Translations under genes and position numbers: made by a program
Shown: positions 63,301-64,000 of the stretch, one piece after another
Layout: every line of letters starts with the position of its first letter
Numbering within the stretch: position 1 is the stretch's first letter
Notes under the pieces: generated by a model
The model's database searches: none
The model's input: the letters and a program-made list of their open reading frames with translations, nothing else
Told to the model about the DNA's origin: nothing
Assembly: GCA_964016885.1 (NCBI GenBank)
Contig: OZ024741.1
Coordinates: 2,542,001-2,606,000, forward strand
DNA: 64,000 bases
Origin: Eledone cirrhosa
Taxonomy: Eukaryota
Reading direction: 5' to 3'

Positions 63301-64000
63301 TGTAAGGATAATGTATGGGTGTGAGGGCACTGTAGAGGTGTAAGGACAGTGTATAGGCGTAAGGACAGTGTATAGCTGTAAGGACAGTGTATAGGTTAAG
63401 GGCAGTGTTTAGGTTAAGGGCAGTGTATAGGTTTAAGGACAGTGTACAGGTGTAAAGACATTGTATAGATGTAAGGACAGTGCATAGGTTAAGGACAGTG
63501 TATAGGTGTAAGGACAGTGTACAGTATGTAAAGACAGTGTAGAGATGTAAGGACAGTGTATAGGTTAAGGACAGTGTATAGGTATAAGGACAGTGTATAG
63601 ATGTAAGGACAGTGTATAGGTGTGAGGACAGTGTAGAGGTGTAAGGACAGTGTAGAGGTGTAAGGACAGTGTATAGGTGTAATGACAGTGTATATGTTGT
63701 ATAGGTGTAAGGGCAGTGTATAGGAGTAATGACAGTGTATATGTTGTATATGTGTAGGGGCAGTGTATAGGTGTAAGGACAGTGTATAAGTGTAAGGACA
63801 GTGTATAGGTGTAAGGACAGTGTAGAGGTGTAAGGACAGTGTATATGTGTAAGGACAGTGTATAGGTGTGAGGACAGTGTATAGGTTTAAGGAGAGAGCA
63901 TAGGTGTAATGACAGTGTATAGGTTTAAGGACAGTTTATAGGTGTAAGGACCGCGTATATGTGTAAGGACAGTGTATAGGTGTAAGGACAGTGTATTGGT
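21318..64000. repeat. Satellite B: 19-bp tandem array, consensus GTGTATAGGTGTAAGGACA, about 2,250 copies, continuing beyond the window end
   Basis: Direct reading. Many single-base variants, 18-bp deletion units (GGTTAAGG) and 9-bp insertions (GTGTATAGG-type). The 19-aa periodicity of the minus-strand ORFs confirms the 19-bp period. Confidence 0.99.
23700..40600. repeat. About 3.3-3.4-kb higher-order repeat in satellite B (about 5 copies, approximate bounds)
   Basis: The same 67-aa translation (one copy with a single substitution) occurs at 24128, 27534, 30921, 34250 and 37637, spaced 3406, 3387, 3329 and 3387 bp. Markers GTGAGGAGGG...AACAGGTTAC and GGTTAAGCACAGTGTATAGCTG recur at similar spacing. 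Confidence 0.92.

Noticed and set aside
22726-63330. Dozens of minus-strand ORFs (LHLYTVLTPIHCPYTYTLS repeats) as protein-coding genes
   Set aside because: They are translations of a 19-bp satellite, overlap in all frames, have frequent stops and indels, and show no codon-position bias.
1-64000. Telomeric repeat arrays (TAGG-containing, G-rich strand bias)
   Set aside because: No tandem TTAGGG or TTAGG; the resemblance is limited to a 4-5-nt core. A subtelomeric location cannot be judged from this window.

Overview
This is eukaryotic, repeat-dominated DNA with no prokaryotic features; the microsatellite and SINE style resembles a cephalopod such as Octopus, which is inference only. Two G/A/T-rich satellite arrays with the same strand polarity fill most of the window. 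One is a 22-bp array (1-17178, about 780 copies, no net indel over 775 units). The other is a 19-bp array (about 21318-64000, about 2,250 copies) with kb-scale higher-order duplications. Between them is a 4.1-kb island containing a candidate minus-strand exon, degenerate tRNA-SINE pieces, a 198-bp Mariner deletion derivative, a 15/30-bp CpG minisatellite, and a (CA)n/(TA)n/(GA)n microsatellite with three retroelement-derived pieces in or beside it. The first is a palindrome with perfect 80-bp arms, each arm encoding a minimal type I hammerhead ribozyme with a non-canonical CUGAAUGA core (Penelope-like). The second is a 5'-truncated, stop-free RTE-type LINE with a C4HC3 PHD finger inside its reverse transcriptase and a junction-created ATG. 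The third is a degenerate hammerhead next to the 19-bp array. All ORF-track entries other than the LINE ORF are best explained as repeat, antisense or chance ORFs.
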